Source: the human T2T-CHM13v2.0 reference genome, Homo sapiens. Taken from it: a stretch of 64,000 nucleotides of DNA. This document shows positions 1 to 16,422 of the stretch, piece by piece. Within the stretch, counting starts at the first letter, position 1; every line of letters starts with the position of its first letter. The stretch lies in the NCBI RefSeq assembly GCF_009914755.1, contig NC_060934.1; one strand, written 5' to 3'. The position numbers and the translations under genes were made by a program. The notes under the pieces were generated by a model. It saw nothing but the letters and a program-made list of their open reading frames with translations, was not told where the DNA came from and made no database searches.

Positions 1-8
1 GAAACAGG

Positions 9-485
9 TCACTTCAAAAGTTGAAAGAGCCAGGGGGTGGAGACAAGATGGTCGAATAGGAACAGCTCCAGTCTACAGCTCCCAGTGTGAGTGACGCAGA
101 AAACAGATGATTTCTGCATTTCCAACTGGGGGACTGGGTTCATCTCACTGGGGAGTGTCAGAAAGTGGGTGCAGGACAGTGGGTGCAGTGCACCAAGCGT
201 GAGCTGAAGCAGGGTGAGGCATCGCCTCACCCAGGATGCACAAGGGGTCAGGGAATTCCCTTTCCTAGTCAAAGAAAGGGGTGACAGATGGCACCTGGAA
301 AATCGGGTCACTCCCACCCTAATACAGCACTTTTCCGACGGTTTTAGCAAACGGCACACCAGGAGATCATATCCTGTGCCTGGCTCAGAGGGTCCTACAC
401 CCATGGAGCCTCGCTCATTGCTAGCACAGCAGTCTGAGATCAAACTGCAAGGCGGCAGCAAGGGTGGAGGAGGGGCGCCCGCCAT
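9..485 (-). CDS. ORF0: L1 antisense ORF0, extended open form (158 aa) reading through the L1 5' end into the flank
   Basis: MAGAPPPPLLPPCSLISDCCASN...GVTRFSRC matches the ORF0 N-terminus; no stop until TGA at 9-11, outside the element. Translation unproven. Confidence 0.6.
   Translation of the reverse strand: MAGAPPPPLLPPCSLISDCCASNERGSMGVGPSEPGTGYDLLVCRLLKPSEKCCIRVGVTRFSRCHLSPLSLTRKGNSLTPCASWVRRCLTLLQLTLGALHPLSCTHFLTLPSEMNPVPQLEMQKSSVFCVTHTGSCRLELFLFDHLVSTPWLFQLLK
16..31 (+). repeat. Left TSD AAAAGTTGAAAGAGCC (right copy 6178-6193)
   Basis: Exact 16-bp direct repeat either side of the L1; TTC|AAAAG fits an L1 endonuclease TTTT/GA nick site. Confidence 0.97.
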
Positions 486-1060
486 TGCCCAGGCTTGAGT
501 AGGTAAACAAAGCGGCCAGGAAGCTTGAACTGGGTGGAGCCCACCTCAGCTCAAGGAGGCCTGCCTGCCTCTGTAGACTCCACCTCTCGGGGCAGGGCAT
601 AGCCAAACAAAATGCAGCAGAATCCTCCACAGACTTAAATGTCCCTGTCTGACAGCTTTGAAGACAGTAGTGGTTCTCCCAGCACACAGCTGGAGATCTG
701 AGAATGGACAGACTACCTCCTAAAGTGGGTCCCTGACCCCCGAGTAGCCTAGCTGGGAGGCACCCCCCAGTAGGGGCAGACTGACACCTCACACGGCTGG
801 GTACTCCTCTGAGACAAAACTTGCAGAGGAACGATCAAGCAGCAACATTTGCTGCTCACCAATGTCTGCTGTTCTGCAGCCTCCGCTGCTGATACCCAGG
901 GAAACACGGTCTGGAGTGGACCTCCAGTAAACTCCAACAGACCTGCACCTGAGGGTCCTGACTGTTAGAAGGAAAACTAACAAACAGAAAGGACATCCAC
1001 ACCAAAAACCCATCTGTACATCACCATCATCAAAGACCAAAGGTAGATAAAACCACAAAG
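32..1060. promoter_or_regulatory. L1 5'UTR: internal sense promoter and antisense promoter (ASP)
   Basis: Homology to the primate L1 5'UTR; YY1 motif variant AAGATGGTC at 45-53; many CpGs decayed. Activity cannot be shown from sequence. Confidence 0.75.
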
Positions 1061-2072
1061 ATGGGGAGACACCAGAGCAGAAAAGCTGAAAATTCTAAAA
1101 ATCAGAGCGCCTCTTCTCCTTAAAAGGAATGCAGCTCCTCACCAACAACGGAACAAAGCTGGATGGAGAATGACTTTGACGAGTTGAGAGAAGAAGGCTT
1201 CAGACAATCAAACTACTCTGAGCTAAAGGAGGAAGTTCGAACCCATGGCAAAGAAGTTAAAAACTTGAAAAAAAATTAGACGAATGGCTAACTAGAATAA
1301 CCAATGCAAAGAAGTCCTCAAAGGACCTGATGGAGCTGAAAACCATCGCACAACAACTACGTGACGAATGCACGAGCCTCAGTAGCCGATGCGATCAACT
1401 GGAAGAAAGGATATCAGTGATGCAACATCAAATGAATGAAATGAAGCAAGAAGAGAAGTTTAGAGAAAAAAGAATAAAAAGAAATGAACAAAACCTCCAA
1501 GAAATATGGGACTATGTGAAAAGACCAAATCTATGTCTGCCTGGTGTACCTGAAAGTGATGGGGAGAACGGAACCAAGTTGGAAAACACTCTGCAGGATA
1601 TTATCCAGGAGAACTTCCCCAATCTAGCAAGGCAGGCCAACATTCAGATTCAGGAAATACAGAGAACACCACAAAGATACTCCCCAAGAAGAGCAACTCC
1701 AAGACACATAACTGTCAGATTCACCAAAGTTGAAATGAAGGAAAAAAGGTTAAGGGCAGCCAGAAAGGTCAGGTTACCCACAAAGGGATGCCCATCAGAC
1801 TAACAGCTGATCTCTCAGCAGAAACTCTACAAGCCAGAAGAGAGTGGGGGCCAATATTCAACATTCTTAAAGAAAAGAATTTTCAACCCAGAATTTCATA
1901 TCCAGCCAAACTAAGCTTCTTAAGTGAAGGAGAAATAAAATACTTTACAGACAAGCAAATGCTGAGAGATTTTGTCACCACCAAGCCTGCCCTAAAAGAG
2001 CTCCTGAAGGAAGCACGAAACATGGAAAGGAACAACTGGTACCAGCCACTGCAAAAACATGCCAAATTGTAA
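1061..2072 (+). pseudogene. ORF1: L1 ORF1p (RNA-binding chaperone), disrupted
   Basis: ATG at 1061 (MGRHQSRKAENSKNQSASSP), premature TAA at 1121-1123, frameshifts near 1265 and 1765. Fragments 1330-1803 and 1788-2072 match ORF1p (WDYVKRPNL, ARREW, YPAKLS). Confidence 0.95.
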
Positions 2073-2135
2073 AGACCATCGAGGCTAGGAAGAAACTGCA
2101 TCAACTAATGAGCAAAATAACCAACTAACATCATA

Positions 2136-5964
<3,829 letters not shown>

Positions 5965-6689
5965 ACAATGAGAACACATGGACACAGGAAGGGGAACATC
6001 ACACACCGCGGCCTGTGGTGGGTTGGGGAGAGTGGGGAGGGATAGCATTAGGAATATACCTAATGTTAATTGACGAGTTAATGGGTGCAGCACACCAACA
6101 TGGCACATGTATACATATGCAACTAACCTGCATGTTGTGCACATGTACCCTAAAAGTTAAAGTATAATAATAAAAAAAAAAGTTGAAAGAGCCTTACGAA
6201 TTTATCACATAATCCATATAGCATAGGAAGTTATTTCTTGTTTCTTACCCACATGTCCTGCTACAATGCAAAGCCAACTTCCTTTGCTTTTAACTAGGAT
6301 CAAGTCCTCGATTCCTTACACACGTAAAACTAAGTCGTTCAAAACTATTCAGTTACTAGGATCCTACTTCTCTGTATTCTGACTTTAAGAGTCAAAGGTA
6401 AATGGCCTCAAGCAAGCATCCTCATAAGCTGGCAAAACATGGTAATTCCAGACAGTGTCCTGAGGACAACAGGGACCCAGGGCCATCTCTTGGGTCGTCT
6501 GTATCCACTAAAATGACCTATGCTAGTCAATCAATGTCTACGGTCTAGTCTCTGGTCTGTTTAATGAACAAGAGGCGGTTAAGTTTTGGAGTCAAAGTTA
6601 GCTACCTTATGGTTCACCATCTAACTTTCAGACACACAGTCAATAAAAACAATAAAAGTTAAGGCTTAACTTGTATTTAAATATAGTTA

Positions 6690-7007
<318 letters not shown>

Positions 7008-8377
7008 AAATAAAATTAAATATAATAATTGGTTTACCAGAACACCCCACATTGCAGACATTTTAGGTTAACTGAGATTTTCTGTGTTTGCATGAGAACT
7101 AATGTAGCATTTCTCTCTATATTTGTATGAGAACTAATGCAGCATGCAAGGCTAAAGGCATACATATTTATATGGGTTTGCACTCTCTCACACCTGCCAA
7201 CCTGAGAGCATGTCTGAGACTAGCTATCCCAGGCTTGTATCACAGTTGGAGCGTGAGCACACCATTGCCCAATTTACAAACCACACAGACACCTTTGCTC
7301 AACATTTGTCATTCAATTCTAAATCAATGCAATAAAAGTGCCTAAGTTAGTTGTTTAATTGGCATTGCTTCGACATACAGAGATACAAGAAATCATAATT
7401 GTTTCCCTTTTATTCTCCAAAAGCAGACATGTACAAATCCTAGTGCCATAATCATACCCGGCTCAACAGTCAGACATAAGAGGCCACAAGATCCCATATG
7501 ACAATTAGAGTGAAATCCAATCCACATAAGGGCCAAGTTGACCACAGGACTAGATTAAGCACTCTCAATATTTAAACAAACAATAACCCTGAAATGTAGG
7601 GTTATTTCCTTACTAAAAAATACTTTTTAGTTACTCTTCAAAACTTTCAGGATAAAATTAGTATTTGCAGCTCATTAAACACCACACAGTCTCATTCTTC
7701 ATTCCTGTACGTGCAGTTTCCCTACATGCGAAGTTTTTTGCCACCCACCATTCACCACTGCCAAGTCAGTCCTCACTTGTGTCTATCCTTATTCATTCTT
7801 AAAAACTCATCTCAGGACACTTTCTTCTGTAAGCCATCTGGGACCGTCACCAAACCCCAGCTAGGGTTAGGTGCCTTACTCTGTACTCCAAAAATTCCCA
7901 CTCTTAACACACTTACCAGGCTACGTTCTGTGTTCTGCATTGACGGCTGTGCTTAGATCTTGTACCCTCAGCTCCTAAGATAGTGTCAAGCTCAGAAAAG
8001 GTACCTTCAGAGAATGGAGGAACAAGTAAAGTAAGCATATTCTGAAGGAGAAAAAGCATCAACCCTTAATAACATCATGCATCACGTGAATAAACCACAG
8101 GTAAATTGTCTGGAAAAATGCAAAGCCTTCTTATATCCCAGCACATAAAGGAACATCTGAGTGAGATTCTCCTTAGGGATGAGAAGAAAGTCTGGTTCCC
8201 AGTGTTAAGAAACTTGGAATTTCAAAATTTGGTCCTAATACTCACCATGCAGATCCCAAAATGCCGTTTAAGAACACACTAGCTTCCGTACCGACAAAAA
8301 GAAACCAAAATCTTTGGACATTTGCTCTGTGGCACAAGGGCTCCAGATATAACATATAATCAATGCTCCCAAAATCC

Positions 8378-8631
8378 TGGTGTAGAGGATTCAAGTACTG
8401 GACTTTGAGGTCAGAAAAAAGAAAAACAAACCAACAAACTTGGACTCCAGTCCCAGCTCTGTTCTTTACTGATTGTATGCAATTAAATAATTCATTTATC
8501 CTCTCTAAATGCCAGTTTGCTCATCAGTGAAATGAGAATAATGACAAGTATTTCCAGGGATTGTTGCTAAAAATAAGTGAAATAACAAACATGAAAGATG
8601 GCCCGACACACAAGAGCCCTTCATGAATGTT
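8378..8631 (+). mobile_element. MIR
   Basis: Degenerate MIR core (CCCAGCTCTG...CAGTTTGCTCATCAGTGAAATGAG). Confidence 0.65.
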
Positions 8632-9031
8632 CGTTCTCATCTCTTCCCTCTATTCGGGTATGTGGGTGTCATCTATGTACGAACAGGGATGCACAGATGA
8701 TTGACAGGCCCCTGCTTGAGTCTTGAACAGCTAAATGAGGACAACGAAGGTGAGAGGCAGCCCTCATAGGCTGTATGAGCAAGGAGCCCATCGTGTTTCC
8801 TCCAAAGTCTACATGTTGTTTCTGCACATGGAAATTGGATTTTCAAATAATCTTTTCATCTTTTCAGGAGCTCACTATGAAAATCTATGTTTTCAAGAAG
8901 CTGTGGCCCTCGTGCTACTGGTAGTTAGCAGGATGAAGCTGAGTCAAGGAACACACAAAGACCTTCAGAGGTTTTTCAAATATTCCATTTCTTGAGCCAG
9001 GAGTAGCTACGTGGCTACCCATTTTATTATT

Positions 9032-9279
9032 TTTGTTTTTTGTTTGTTTGTTGGTTTTGAGACAGGATCTCGCTCTGTCACCCAGGCTGAAGTGCAGTAG
9101 TGTGATCTCAGCTCACTGCAACCTCTGCTTCCTGAGTTCAAGCAATTCTCCCACCTCAGCTTCCCAAGCAGCTGGGACTACAGGTGCACGTCACCACACC
9201 CAGATAACATTTGTATGTTTGGTAGAGACGAGGTTTCACCACGCTGTTGGCCAGGCTGGTCTCAAACACCGCGCCAGTC
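9032..9279 (-). mobile_element. Alu with ~63-nt internal deletion in the left monomer
   Basis: Reverse Alu; junction GGTCTCAAAC|ACCGCGCC at 9267/9268; TSD CC(A/G)TTTTATTATT at 9019-9031 and 9280-9292. Confidence 0.9.
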
Positions 9280-10259
9280 CCGTTTTATTATTCTTTAAAC
9301 TGGACATATTTTCTATCAACTGTTTTGTATGTGTAATATAGTTCACAATCTAAAAGTGGGGTAGAGTCTTAATATCAGGAGGCTGGAATCAGGGATTCTA
9401 GATGTGGAAATCCTGGCAGCATTTAACAAAGGATAACATTTATTTTTTTGCCTCCTAAACTGATGGGTTTTTTTGAATCGTTAATAGCTACTTCTGTGGA
9501 ACCCATACAAGTGCCAGGAGGCTCACCACCCCAAGATCCCCAGAAACTGACTGACTCCAAAGAATTTGGTAGTGAGACATACAAAGGTCCCCTAAAAAAT
9601 AACCAGGAGTACAGGGTGCATCCTGAGAATAGGATGATGCTGATGATATCTGAAGGATTTACAGTTTAATACTTAATGAGTCCTTTTTTGAATACACCTT
9701 GAAAGTCTGTTTCTGAATGACTGGGAATTTCAGCAATGCCTGTGGATGTGAGTTTCAAAGAGTCATATGTCGAAAACAAAAGGCAACCTGGACTAGAGGT
9801 CAGAATGCCTCGGTGCTAGCCCTGAGTGTTTCACAGAGAGCATTAGGGTAGTTGTAGGGTAACTTTCAAAGTATTCAGGCAGCACAGATTTAAGATGAGA
9901 AGGTACTTTGTCTGACATCCTCATATCCTCATTGGCTAGAACAGCAAAACATAGGCTATTGTATGAGGGCAGGCTAGGAAGTGTCAAACTCACCTGCTCC
10001 CCTCTTCTTGTGCCTTCTCTTAGGACAACATTCCCCTCCCCACCCCACTACCTCCCAGTTTTTGGTGTATGTATGACAACTACAAAATAATTTAACTAAA
10101 TATTTAACTTCTAAAGATATAATTGTAACAGTCACAGTAATAATCGATGGAGTAATCTGCAAAAGTAAAACAGCACTGATGAGCTTCATAGTTGTTTATT
10201 ATCATTGTGCCAGGCTTTGCTATTTACAAATCACAGCCATTGACATTTTTACTGAGAAA

Positions 10260-10260
<1 letters not shown>

Positions 10261-10294
<34 letters not shown>
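10261..10294. repeat. (CA)17 microsatellite
   Basis: Direct reading. Confidence 0.98.
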
Positions 10295-10296
<2 letters not shown>

Positions 10297-10499
10297 GTCA
10301 GGAGACAAAAGGGTAATAGTGTAGGAAGCAGATGGAAGGACGGCTTCATAGCAGACTGAGCACATGCTTCATGCGTAAGTGAGGTAAGGGGCACCCAAAA
10401 TAGAAAAGAATTCAACAAACTTACACAGAAGTCTGCAATCAGACAATCTAACAAACACCGAATTATTTTCAGGTTATCTGTATGTCTTATGCTTTAGAG

Positions 10500-10672
10500 C
10501 AGGGGTGTCCAATCTTTAGGATTCCCTGGGCCACACAAAAAAATATGTTAACACTAACAAAAGGTACATGTATAAATCTCATAATGTTTTAAGAAAGTTG
10601 ATGGATTTGTGCTGGGCCACATTCAAAGCTGTCCTGGGTCGCATGTGGCCCAAGGGCCATGGGTTGGACAAG
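10500..10672 (+). mobile_element. MER30-family hAT-Charlie MITE
   Basis: CAGGGGTGTCCAATC...GGGTTGGACAAG ends; 8-bp TSD CTTTAGAG at 10492-10499 and 10673-10680. Confidence 0.88.
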
Positions 10673-11678
10673 CTTTAGAGTTGAGTGTTGTTCCTATTTT
10701 TAAATTTCTTTCATTTAGGGGGAAGTATCATCTTTTTTATGGAATTTAGAGTCTTTAATGGTTTGCATCTAACCCTGGAAGCAGAAATAATAATGGGATA
10801 GAGGTTAGAAGCAATGTAAATAATCTTAACCATCTGTCCGGCCTCTTGCTAAATATTTCATGCCTTTCAACCAATAACATAAAGCCTAGGATCAGAATCC
10901 AATATGCTAGTCAGTTTACTCCAAATAACCCAGTGGTGTGGTTTATTTCATTATACCCATGACACTAGTCCTTTCCTTTTATAAATACCAAAAAATATTA
11001 TTTTCTCCCTTAAGTAAATCAAGTAAATAATGGCTTACCCTTCACAGTACTCAGTTATTTAATGTATCAAATGCCTTATCTGGCAAAACTTGAATGTGAA
11101 ATAGTTATGGAAGTGTTTACAATAAAGGCACAGGGGTGGACAAGAACAAGTTTTGGAGAAAATGAGGGGAATAAATGGTTAACTGCCAACAGACACACAC
11201 TCACGCTGGAGGACACAAAAAGGTTCACAGCAGTTGTTAAATTCATTTAGAGAAACTCACTTTATTTCTCCAACAGAGCTCTCACCAGCTAATCTGTATT
11301 ACAACCTGCAGGATTCTTAATATTCTCAGCAGGATCAAGATTCGGGCCACACTGATTCAGCTATTTAATCTTGCAAGAGAACAATATTTGGCAGGAAAAG
11401 ACCCCACAGCACTGAGGGGATGTCCCAGTGGTTTGTCGTTAACACAGACTGGGCCAAGAACGCCAAAGGTGGAAACCAAACAGCACTAAAACCAATGTTT
11501 CTCTTTTCCTTTCACTAGCTCTGTCCTCAAACACATATGTGCACTCTACACATACGTGGCAAACACATATGTCACATGTGCAAAGACAGCTATTTCAGAT
11601 GCATGTATGTTTTTAAAAGGCAAAATATTTCCTGAATATTTTGGGCCCTGTCATGAAAAATTTAAAATTCAAAAGTAT

Positions 11679-12048
11679 TGACTTCCTCTTTTCCTATTTG
11701 AATACCCTTTATTTCTTTGTCTTGCCTGATTGCCCTGGCCAGAACTTCCATTCTCAGCAAACTAACCCAGGAACAGAAAACCAAACACTGCATGTTCTCA
11801 TTCCTAAGTGGGAGTCATACAACGAGAACACACGGACACAGGGAGGGGAACATCACACACTAGGGCCTGTTGGGGGATGGGGGAAAAGCGGAGGAAGAGC
11901 ATTAGGACAAATACCTAATGCATGCGGGGTTTAAAACCTAGGTGACGGATTGATAGGTACAGCAAACCACCATGGCACATGTATACCTATGTAACAAACT
12001 TGCACATTCTGCACATGTATCCCAGAACGTAAAGTAAAAAATAAAAAG
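11679..12048 (+). mobile_element. 5'-inverted and truncated L1 (L1PA8-10-like), twin-priming product
   Basis: 11679-11750 is the reverse complement of an ORF2 segment (cf. 4147-4218); 11749-12048 is a sense 3' end; 14-bp TSD AAATTCAAAAGTAT at 11665-11678 and 12049-12062. Confidence 0.93.
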
Positions 12049-13564
12049 AAATTCAAAAGTATCACACACAGGTTGGAGGCAGGAAAAGAGATGAAGGAAC
12101 CACGGCCAGAGTTTCACTTTCAAACTCTTTAATCTTCTTAAGCATTGAAAATCGAAATAGTAAAAACATATTTATGAATTTTTAATGTATACAAATTTTT
12201 AAGATACTGATTTTTTTTAACCATTTTGAAATTAATAAGCTGAACAACACTCTTCTATACTTGAACATTTGCAATGTTTTATATAGAATACTGTGGTTTG
12301 ATTTCCTTTTGTGTTTTGTTTTTTTTCTGCTGAGGACGTCTTTATTTCCTTATTTAAATGGCTGTTAAGCGATTTAGATGGTTTGACTTAATTTTTTGTG
12401 GTATTTTCTGGAATACTGATAGGCAAATAGTGAATAAAGAAAACAGACATACAGAAGTGGACAAACTTAAAAATAAGATGTATAGCCTCTATTATTAAAC
12501 AAAGATTATAAATCACTCTTGAAATCAATGATTCAGTGAAGTTTTTAACAACTAATAAAATAGTATGACTCGTGTTCAATTCCTTTCCCTCCTAAACCTG
12601 AGTTTGTTACCCTCTGATATTAACACAGCATTTCCCTCTATCTGGCATTTCTCCCATTTAGAACATTAGATGTATTATCTCATATACAGAGCTTGTTGCT
12701 CTAACATTGTCTGCTGCCTGTCAGGCTAACTACAAGCCGCAGGGCATCGGGGGTCATCTGTGCTTTATTCCTCATTAATCCCACCTCCTAGCAATGTGCG
12801 CGGCACATAGTAAACACTTTAAAACATGTTTGTTAAGTCAATAATTAAGATCTCAAAAGTGGTATCATCTAGAAATGTTTGTTTTGGATTTATAGATGCC
12901 CAAATTATGCACATTTGAAACTACGATAACTACTCCTTCAACAATCCTGCCTCAACCTATATTTCAGGAATGGGATCTCTCCCTGCACTCTAACAAGGAG
13001 ACGCCGGGTGTTCCTAACCTTATATTCATCTCTTCCCTTCCTTCTGCCTCTTCTCCCTCATAAACACTTTTACATCCAACCGAGGCCCTCATGCATCCTA
13101 GGATGAACATGAAACACATCCAGAAAAGTGGTTTTTCACTTTTTCTGAAATCCACACGGCCTGATGCAATGTCATGTCCAGACCCAATGTTTCATGAATA
13201 AAGGTGTATACGTGTCAGGTAACTGTGAAGGTAATTTCTACTTCTGTCTTATACTTTACAGTCAAAGCCCCAGATTCTGGAGGATTTAAACATGATCAAG
13301 AAATGCCACTTATCATCAAAGGCCTCACACAATTACACAACAAAAATAAATATTTCAATCACTTTGTTTATGGGAAATTGATTCTATCAAAAATGACAGT
13401 GTTAAGAATAATAGAATGGTTTTTAAGGTTTTTTCCTGTATTCTTTTTTTCTAAATCCATACTCTCTTTCCTGGTTTGCTAAACACAGGCAAATTCTAAC
13501 ACCTTTATAATTCTAAGGATGCAAGGATACAAAGCTTAATTCAAATGGTTAAATATTCCTTTGT

Positions 13565-13702
13565 GGCCTGGTATGGTGGCTCATACCTGTAATCCCAGCA
13601 CTTTAGGAAGCTGAGGTGGGAGGATGGCTTGAGCCGAGGAGTTCAAGACCAACCTGGGCAATATAGGCAAACCTTATCTCTATTCGAAAAAAACAAAAAA
13701 AG
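13565..13702 (+). mobile_element. FLAM / Alu left monomer
   Basis: Monomeric Alu with GAGCC B-box variant and A tail. Confidence 0.88.
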
Positions 13703-14565
13703 AAGCTGACTTTGTTACAATTGATATAGCCACAAAAGGAAAAATCAAAAATATAAAGAAGCAAAAAACATGACTTCCTACTTCTTGTCCTTGGAACCAA
13801 ATAGAGTCTGGAGGCATTTCACAAAAGCAATAGGTCCTTCAGACAGAAATTTAGATATCTTTGTGCAAGCAGCATTGCATGTGATTCTGTACAAAAGAGA
13901 AAAAGGCCACAAAGCAGGCCTGACAACCATGAATGGAAAGAAAGCTATAGAAGAAAATATGAGCAAAAAAAAAAAAAGAAAGAAATGCAACTTTTATGAC
14001 ATAATCCTTCCAGGAAAATGCAAAGTAAATTAGAGAGCATAGTTGCATACTTAAAAAAAAAAAGACATTCTTGTTTCTAACTTCCAAATCATAAAATTTT
14101 CTCTAATTGTATAAACTTGGCTTAGATTACCAATGGATTTTGAATTAAATCTCTATACAATGTCTCCCTTGACTTATGACCCTCCAATAAGCTAAAATAA
14201 CACTCAACTATTACTCTTAAGAACTAAGAAAACAACAGGTTTTAAACCTGCCTCTAAAACTTCATTGACATTATAATTATATGGCCTAATTATTAATGAT
14301 AGTCACATCTGGGACTCCAAAAATATATACATAAGAGTTCTGGTTTTTCTTTAACATTCAGGATATTCTACTCACTGTGGCTATGTCCCAAAAGGTATAA
14401 TAAAATCTGGAAGAAAATTTAGATACTTTCAAAGTTCTAAATCTGCATCATGCACTGGAAATTGAGACGTGAAGCTAGTCTTTGTTAGACTTTCCCTGTG
14501 TCCTGGAAATTTTTTTTCTATTCTCACCTCTCTTCCCTCCTTTTTATTCACATCTGCCCAGGCTA

Positions 14566-15090
<525 letters not shown>

Positions 15091-15196
15091 TCAGCTTGAA
15101 AATAGGGAAAAGTTTAAAACTGAATGTAGAAGTTTTCCTGGAAAGGCAACAGGTAGAGGGTAGTATTATCTAGCTTCACTAAAGAAACTAGCTCAT

Positions 15197-15540
15197 CTGT
15201 CAGGGTACAGTGGCTCACGCCTGTAATCCCAACACTTTGGGAAGACGAGGTGGGCGGATCACTTGAGGACAGGAATTTGAGGCCAGCCTGGTCAATATGG
15301 CGAAACCCCATTTCTACTAAAAATACAAAAATTAGCTGGGCATGGTGGTACATGCCTGTAATCCCAGCTACTCAGGACACTGAGGCACGAGAATTACTTG
15401 AACCCCGGAGGTGGAGGTTGCAGTAAGCCGAGATTGCACCGCTGTACTCCAGCCTGGGTGACAGAGTGAGACCCTGTCTCAAAAAAAAAAAAAAAAAAAA
15501 AAAAGAAAAAGAAAAAAGAAAAGAAAAGAAAAGAAAAAAC
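15197..15540 (+). mobile_element. Alu (AluS-type) with long A/(GAAAA)n tail
   Basis: Full dimer; TSD AAGAAA(C/T)TAGCTCAT at 15182-15196 and 15541-15555. Confidence 0.94.
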
Positions 15541-15679
15541 AAGAAATTAGCTCATGATAGCAGCTTATATTATAATTATGTGACACTTTGGATATTTCAA
15601 AGCACATTCACAAAGTGTATGTCACTTAAATACCTCAAAATTTCCCTGTTATACATGCAGATCATTCCCCATTCAGCCC

Positions 15680-16077
15680 TGGTATGGACTGAACTGTGTA
15701 CCACCCCAAAATTCATATGTTGAAGCCCTAACCACCAATGTGACTGTATTTGGAGAGGGTGACTTTAAGGAGGTAATTAAGGTTAAATGAAGTCACAAGG
15801 AAGCCCTGATCCAATTGGGTCTGTGTCCTTCTAAGAGGAGGAGACACAGAGATCTCTCTTGCTCTCCCTCTCTCTCTCCACATGCACACACCAACGAAAG
15901 GCCACATGAGGACACTGCAAGAAGGCAAGTGTCTGCAAGCCAGGAAGAGAGCCCTCACCAGCCCTACCATACCTTGATCTGGCACTTCCCAGCCTCCAGA
16001 ACTGTGAGAAAAATTTCTGTCGCTTTACGCTGCCCAACCTGCAATATCTTGTTATGGTGCCTGAGCAGACTAAGACA
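15680..16077 (+). mobile_element. MaLR solo LTR (MLT1A1/MLT1B-like)
   Basis: TG...CA ends, CCCCAAAATTCATATGTTGAAG motif, CTAAGACA end; 5-bp TSD AGCCC. Confidence 0.88.
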
Positions 16078-16422
16078 AGCCCTAATTTTTTTTTTTTTTT
16101 TTTTTTGTAGGCTCTTGGATTAGACACCAAAAAGAATTCCCTATGATATATTAAGATAGGGGAAGTCCTGGCATTTGTAATGTAATTAGAAAATAAATTA
16201 TCCTGCTTTACTGAGGAAATGTTGCTACAATCCTTTGATAAAACTATAGAAGTCACTGAATATTTAAGGAGCAGAGAGTAAAAGATCGTGTTTATCAAGC
16301 AGCACCAAAAAGAAAAGAATCATAAAATTGAAAGCAACTTGAGAAACTAAAAATATCCTTGCAAAGAGGAGTTTCAAGAAAAAGAATGTACAAAATTAGT
16401 CAATATTTTACATATTATTACC

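Noticed and set aside
214-1058. Other ORFs in the L1 5'UTR (214-498, 421-792, 749-937, 789-1058)
   Set aside because: Incidental frames of the GC-rich L1 UTR, with no independent support.
8240-8310. Second ATG|GTGAGT donor on the minus strand (about 8246)
   Set aside because: No convincing acceptor; the pyrimidine tract is separated from the nearest AG.
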